63,743 nt of DNA from Paracoccaceae bacterium (GTDB taxonomy: Bacteria > Pseudomonadota > Alphaproteobacteria > Rhodobacterales > Rhodobacteraceae), in NCBI GenBank assembly GCA_014859945.1, contig JACZKR010000377.1, forward strand, positions 1 to 63,743, written 5' to 3'. The translations under genes and the position numbers were made by a program. Position 1 is the first letter of the stretch, and every line of letters begins with the position of its first letter. Under the pieces are notes generated by a model, which saw nothing but the letters and a program-made list of their open reading frames with translations, ran no database searches and was not told the origin of the DNA. Below, piece by piece: positions 59,585 to 63,743 of the stretch.

Positions 59585-62500
59585 TCATTCTGCCGCAATC
59601 GCGGCGGCCTTGTCTTCTGCGCCAAGCCGGTCGCGCAGCTTGCGACGCAGGGTCATGGCCTTGGCATGCGCCGCTTCTTTCACTGGGCCGTAACCGCGCA
59701 CCTCGTCGGGCCAGCCCAGAAGGGCGGCGCAATCGGCGGGGGCATGCCGCAGATGGCGTTCGGCCAGCGCAAGGTCGGCCTCGTAATCGGCGATCATCGC
59801 CCGTTCCATCCGCCGGTCGGCGGAATGGGCGAAGGGATCGAACGGCGTGCCTCGCAGTGCTTTCATCCGCGCCAGCACCCGCAGCACCGGCATCAGCCAG
59901 GGGCCGAAACGGCGCTTCTTCGGTCGGCCCTGCGCATCGCGCCCCCAAAGGAAGGGCGGCGCAAGGTTGAAGCTTGGCCGCAGGTCACCCTGGAAGGCCT
60001 CGGCCAATGCCGCGCGCGCCTCGGGCGTCGTGTGCAGGCGGGCGACCTCATACTCGTCCTTGTAGGCCAGAACCCGGGCATAGGTGATGGCGACCTTGCG
60101 CAACAGCGCCTCATCCGCGCCGGCCTGCGCCAGCCGGTCCAGCGTGGCGCGGTAGCGGACGGCCAGCGCGGCATCCTGCCAAAGCGTCAGATGGGTGGCG
60201 CGGTGTTCCGTCACCTCGCGCAGGTCCATCCCCTCCAGCGCCCGTCCCTGAGGCGCCGGCAGCGCCGCGCGGGCCGGATCATGGGCCAGAACCCGGCCCC
60301 AGTCGAAGGCCCGTTGGTTGGCCGCCACAGCCACCCCGTTCAGCGCGATGGCTTCGGCCAGCGCCTCTTTCCCCACCGGGATCAGCCCGCGCTGCCAAGC
60401 GTAGCCCAGCATCATCACATTCGCCGCGATCTCATCCCCGCACAGCGCCCGCGCCGCCGCGGTAAAGTCCTGACGGTCGGCCGGGGGCCGGGTGACGCGG
60501 GCGATGGCGCCCTCGACCTCGGCCGGGCGGAAGTTGAAATCGCGCTGGCGCACGAAATCCGACACCGGCGCAAGATGGCGGTTCACCACGGCATGGGTAT
60601 GGCCCGGGTCGCACAGCTGGACCGCCTCTTTCGACCCGCCCACCACCGCATCGGCCGCCAGCAGCACATCCGCACCGCCCGCCGCGATGCGCGGGGCGGT
60701 CGGCGGGGCATCGGCCGGACCGATGCGGATATGGCTGATGACGGCGCCGCCCTTCTGTGCCAGCCCCGCCATATCCAGGATCAGCGGCCGCCGCCCCTCG
60801 ATATGGGCCGCCATGCCGATCAGCGCGCCGATGGTCAGCACCCCGGTGCCGCCGACGCCGGTCACCGCGATGTTCCAGGTCCGGCCCGGCGGCGGAAGCT
60901 GCGGGTCGGGCAGGCTGGCGGTATCGGGCGCGGCCTGCGCCTGCGGCTTGCGCGGCACCGCGCCCTGCAGCGTCACGAAGGAAGGGCAGAAACCCTTGAT
61001 GCACGAGATGTCCTTGTTGCAGGCCGACTGGTTGATGCGCCGCTTGCGCCCGAAGGCGGTCTCCTCGGGCTCCACCGCGATGCAGTTCGACTGGACCGAG
61101 CAATCGCCGCAACCCTCGCAGACCGCCGGGTTGATCCAGACCCGGATATCGGGATCGGGCGCCTTGCCGCGATGCCGCCGCCGCCGCAACTCCGCCGCGC
61201 AGGTCTGGACATAGACCATCACCGTGACGCCCGGCACTTCGCGCAGTTCGCGCATGACCTGATCGACCTCGTCGCGGTGGCGCAGTTCCGTGCCGGGGGC
61301 CAGTTCGGCCGGGTCATAGGCGCCGGGCCGTTCCGACAACAGCACCACCTTGGCCACCCGCTCATGATGCACCTGATGGGTGATCTGGGCGGGGCTCAGC
61401 TCGCCATCCACGGCCTGCCCGCCGGTCATGGCGACCGCGTCGTTGTAAAGGATCTTGTAGGTGATCGGCGCCTTCGCCGCGACCGACTGGCGGATGGCCA
61501 GAAGGCCCGAATGGAAATAGGTGCCGTCGCCCAGATTGACGAAGCGGTGCGGCTCGGTCGTGAAATGGCGGATGGCCGACCACGGCACGCCTTCGCCGCC
61601 CATATGGGTAAAGGTCTCGGTCCGGCGGTCCATCCACTGAGCCATGAAATGACAGCCGATCCCCGCCATCGCCGTTGACCCTTCGGGCACGCGGGTTGAG
61701 GTGTTGTGCGGGCAGCCCGGGCAGAAATGCGGCAGCCGCACCACCGGCGCCACAGGGCCCTGCCCGCGCTGGTCGGCCGCCTCGATCCGCGCCAGCCGGG
61801 CCGTCAGATGGGCGGCCAGCCCCTCGGGCAGATGCAGCCGCATCAGCCGGTCGGCAATGGCGCGGGCCACGGTTGAAACCGTCAGCCCCGTCGAATGCGA
61901 CAGGAAGGGCCGGTCATGTTCATCGAACTTGCCGACGATCCGGGGCCGCACATCGGGGCGCCAGTTGAACAGCTGCTGCTTGATCTGGTTCTCGATGATC
62001 TCGCGGCGTTCCTCGACGATCAGAACCTCTTGCAGCCCCTCCGAGAAATGGCGGATGCCTTCGGGTTCCAGCGGCCAGGGCATGCGCACCTTGTAAAGCC
62101 GCAGCCCGATGGCCGCCCGTTCGGCGGCATGCAGCCCCAGTTCCTCGAAGGCCTGCAGCACGTCTTCATAAGCCTTGCCCGAAGCCACGATGCCGAACCG
62201 TGCGCCGGGCGTGTCGAACACCGTCTGGTCCACTCGGTTCGCCCGGGCGAATGCGATGGCGGCATAGCCCTTCATCTCTTGCAGCCGCGCGTCCTGATCC
62301 AGCGGCGGATCGGGCCAGCGCAGGTTCAGCCCGCCCGGCGGCAATTCGAAATCGGCGGGCAGGACAAAGCCACGCTCTTCCTGCGCCAGGTCGATCACCG
62401 CCGTCGTCTCGACGGTTTCCGAGATCACCTTGTAGCCCACCCAGCAACCGGAATAACGCGACATGGCGATGCCCAGCAGCCCCAGCTCAAGGAACTCCTG

Positions 62501-63025
62501 CACCGTCGAGGGGTAAAGGTAAGGCATCAGCGCCGCGATGAAGGCATGGTCCGACTGATGCGGGATGGATGAGGATTTGCAGGTGTGGTCGTCGCCCGCG
62601 ATGGCCAGCACCCCGCCATGGGCCGCCGTTCCTGCCGCGTTCGCGTGTTTCAGCACATCGCCCGACCGGTCCACCCCCGGCCCCTTGCCGTAACAGATGC
62701 CCAGAACGCCGTCTTTGGTGGCGCCGGCCGAAAGCCCGGCCTGCTGGCTGCCCCAGACGGCGGTGGCGGCAAGGTCTTCGTTCAGGCCGGGCTGAAACAC
62801 CACGCCCGCCGGTTCCAGAAAGCGGCGGGCCTGCATCAGCTGCTGGTCGTAATTGCCCAAGGGTGAGCCGCGATAGCCCGAGATGAAGGCGCCGGTGTTC
62901 AGCCCCGCCGCGCGGTCGCGCCGCAACTGCGTCATCGGCAGCCGCACCAGCGCCTGCGTCCCGGTCAGGAACACCCGTCCGGCGGTCGCGGTGTATTTGT
63001 CGTCAAGCGAGACCGGATAACCCAT
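59585..63025 (-). CDS. Indolepyruvate:ferredoxin oxidoreductase family protein (fused subunits)
   Basis: SGYRGSPLG, FCPGCPHN, GDGTYFHSG, CEGCGDC, GLAQKGG, YKDEYEVARL; start at MGYPVSLDDKY. Confidence 0.92.
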   Translation of the reverse strand: MGYPVSLDDKYTATAGRVFLTGTQALVRLPMTQLRRDRAAGLNTGAFISGYRGSPLGNYDQQLMQARRFLEPAGVVFQPGLNEDLAATAVWGSQQAGLSAGATKDGVLGICYGKGPGVDRSGDVLKHANAAGTAAHGGVLAIAGDDHTCKSSSIPHQSDHAFIAALMPYLYPSTVQEFLELGLLGIAMSRYSGCWVGYKVISETVETTAVIDLAQEERGFVLPADFELPPGGLNLRWPDPPLDQDARLQEMKGYAAIAFARANRVDQTVFDTPGARFGIVASGKAYEDVLQAFEELGLHAAERAAIGLRLYKVRMPWPLEPEGIRHFSEGLQEVLIVEERREIIENQIKQQLFNWRPDVRPRIVGKFDEHDRPFLSHSTGLTVSTVARAIADRLMRLHLPEGLAAHLTARLARIEAADQRGQGPVAPVVRLPHFCPGCPHNTSTRVPEGSTAMAGIGCHFMAQWMDRRTETFTHMGGEGVPWSAIRHFTTEPHRFVNLGDGTYFHSGLLAIRQSVAAKAPITYKILYNDAVAMTGGQAVDGELSPAQITHQVHHERVAKVVLLSERPGAYDPAELAPGTELRHRDEVDQVMRELREVPGVTVMVYVQTCAAELRRRRHRGKAPDPDIRVWINPAVCEGCGDCSVQSNCIAVEPEETAFGRKRRINQSACNKDISCIKGFCPSFVTLQGAVPRKPQAQAAPDTASLPDPQLPPPGRTWNIAVTGVGGTGVLTIGALIGMAAHIEGRRPLILDMAGLAQKGGAVISHIRIGPADAPPTAPRIAAGGADVLLAADAVVGGSKEAVQLCDPGHTHAVVNRHLAPVSDFVRQRDFNFRPAEVEGAIARVTRPPADRQDFTAAARALCGDEIAANVMMLGYAWQRGLIPVGKEALAEAIALNGVAVAANQRAFDWGRVLAHDPARAALPAPQGRALEGMDLREVTEHRATHLTLWQDAALAVRYRATLDRLAQAGADEALLRKVAITYARVLAYKDEYEVARLHTTPEARAALAEAFQGDLRPSFNLAPPFLWGRDAQGRPKKRRFGPWLMPVLRVLARMKALRGTPFDPFAHSADRRMERAMIADYEADLALAERHLRHAPADCAALLGWPDEVRGYGPVKEAAHAKAMTLRRKLRDRLGAEDKAAAIAAE

Positions 63026-63176
63026 GGCTCCGCCCTCCCCGGCAGTCGCCCGTTGCACCGGCCGAGTCTGTCCCGGTTCTGGGGAAATCGTGTCACTTTT
63101 ATCCGCGCCAGTCTTGTCAACTTTGCGAAACTGTCACGCAGTTGGCGGATTTCGGGGAACAATGGACCTCGGCGGC

Positions 63177-63743
63177 CTACCGCCCGCGGGTCCAGCCCCG
63201 GCCGCGCCGCAGCTTCACCGCCAGCGATACCGCCGCATAGGCCAGAAACCCCGCCGGGTCGCGCAGCGCCATCAGCGCAAGCGCACCGGGGCGAAGGCGT
63301 GCCTTGCCCTCACGCCCCGGCAGGTCGGGGTAAAGGCGGGCAATCTCGGCCACCCCGGCATCCTGCCGGCGGCGGACGCGGGTCAGCGCGGCGAAACCTT
63401 CGATCATCGGCCAGTCATAGGGTGCTGCGATCTGCACCCGCTCTTCCGGGGCGAACTGCAGCCGCACGAAGGTATCGTCCGAGATGATGGCCGGAAAATC
63501 GCCCCAGCGCGCCCGGCCCGCGGCGTTGACCGCGAAAAGCCCGTAGCCCGGCGCGTTGGACCGGGCAAAGGGCAGGCGTTGCCAGAAGCGGGCATAGGCG
63601 CGGGTCACGGCGCTGCGGGCGCGGGGAATGCGCGCGGTTCCCGTGGCATAGCGCGGTGCGTCGCCTGCCAGCGCCGCGACCAGCGCCGCCATCAGCGGGG
63701 CCGAGACGATGACATCCGCATCCAGATAGGCACGCATGTCACC
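63177..63743 (-). CDS. Glycosyltransferase family 2, 3' part; starts beyond the window
   Basis: YLDADV DxD motif, GLFAV, IISDD. Confidence 0.75.
   Translation of the reverse strand, partial: GDMRAYLDADVIVSAPLMAALVAALAGDAPRYATGTARIPRARSAVTRAYARFWQRLPFARSNAPGYGLFAVNAAGRARWGDFPAIISDDTFVRLQFAPEERVQIAAPYDWPMIEGFAALTRVRRRQDAGVAEIARLYPDLPGREGKARLRPGALALMALRDPAGFLAYAAVSLAVKLRRGRGWTRGR

Overview
High-GC alphaproteobacterial chromosomal window; the gene set and an intergenic palindromic repeat look Rhodobacteraceae-like (inference). The flanks hold ordinary metabolic genes: an oxidative L-arabinose/galactose cluster with ChvE-MmsAB, gltBD, uppP, tRNA-Leu, aspA, an ABC/PdxA/DapA-like/sialidase-like catabolic cluster, xth, and leucine catabolism genes with a fused IOR-type oxidoreductase. 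The centre holds a ~15.2 kb integrated element (23565-38733) bounded by the 12-bp direct repeat TCATTCGTAATG. It splits the host tRNA-Thr(CGT) at the anticodon without restoring it and carries its own complete, sequence-divergent tRNA-Thr(CGT). It encodes a tyrosine integrase, an AlpA/Xis-like protein, a repeat-rich ori/packaging-like non-coding region, a portal, a short scaffold-like protein, a TerS-like protein, a large terminase split into separate ATPase and nuclease genes, and candidate defence cargo (a CoiA/DUF6035-like nuclease and a TIGR04255-led three-gene operon). No capsid, tail, lysin or primase gene is recognisable. The best reading is a phage satellite of an unusual type that encodes a packaging motor but no capsid. 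All family names come from motif recognition by eye, not from database searches.
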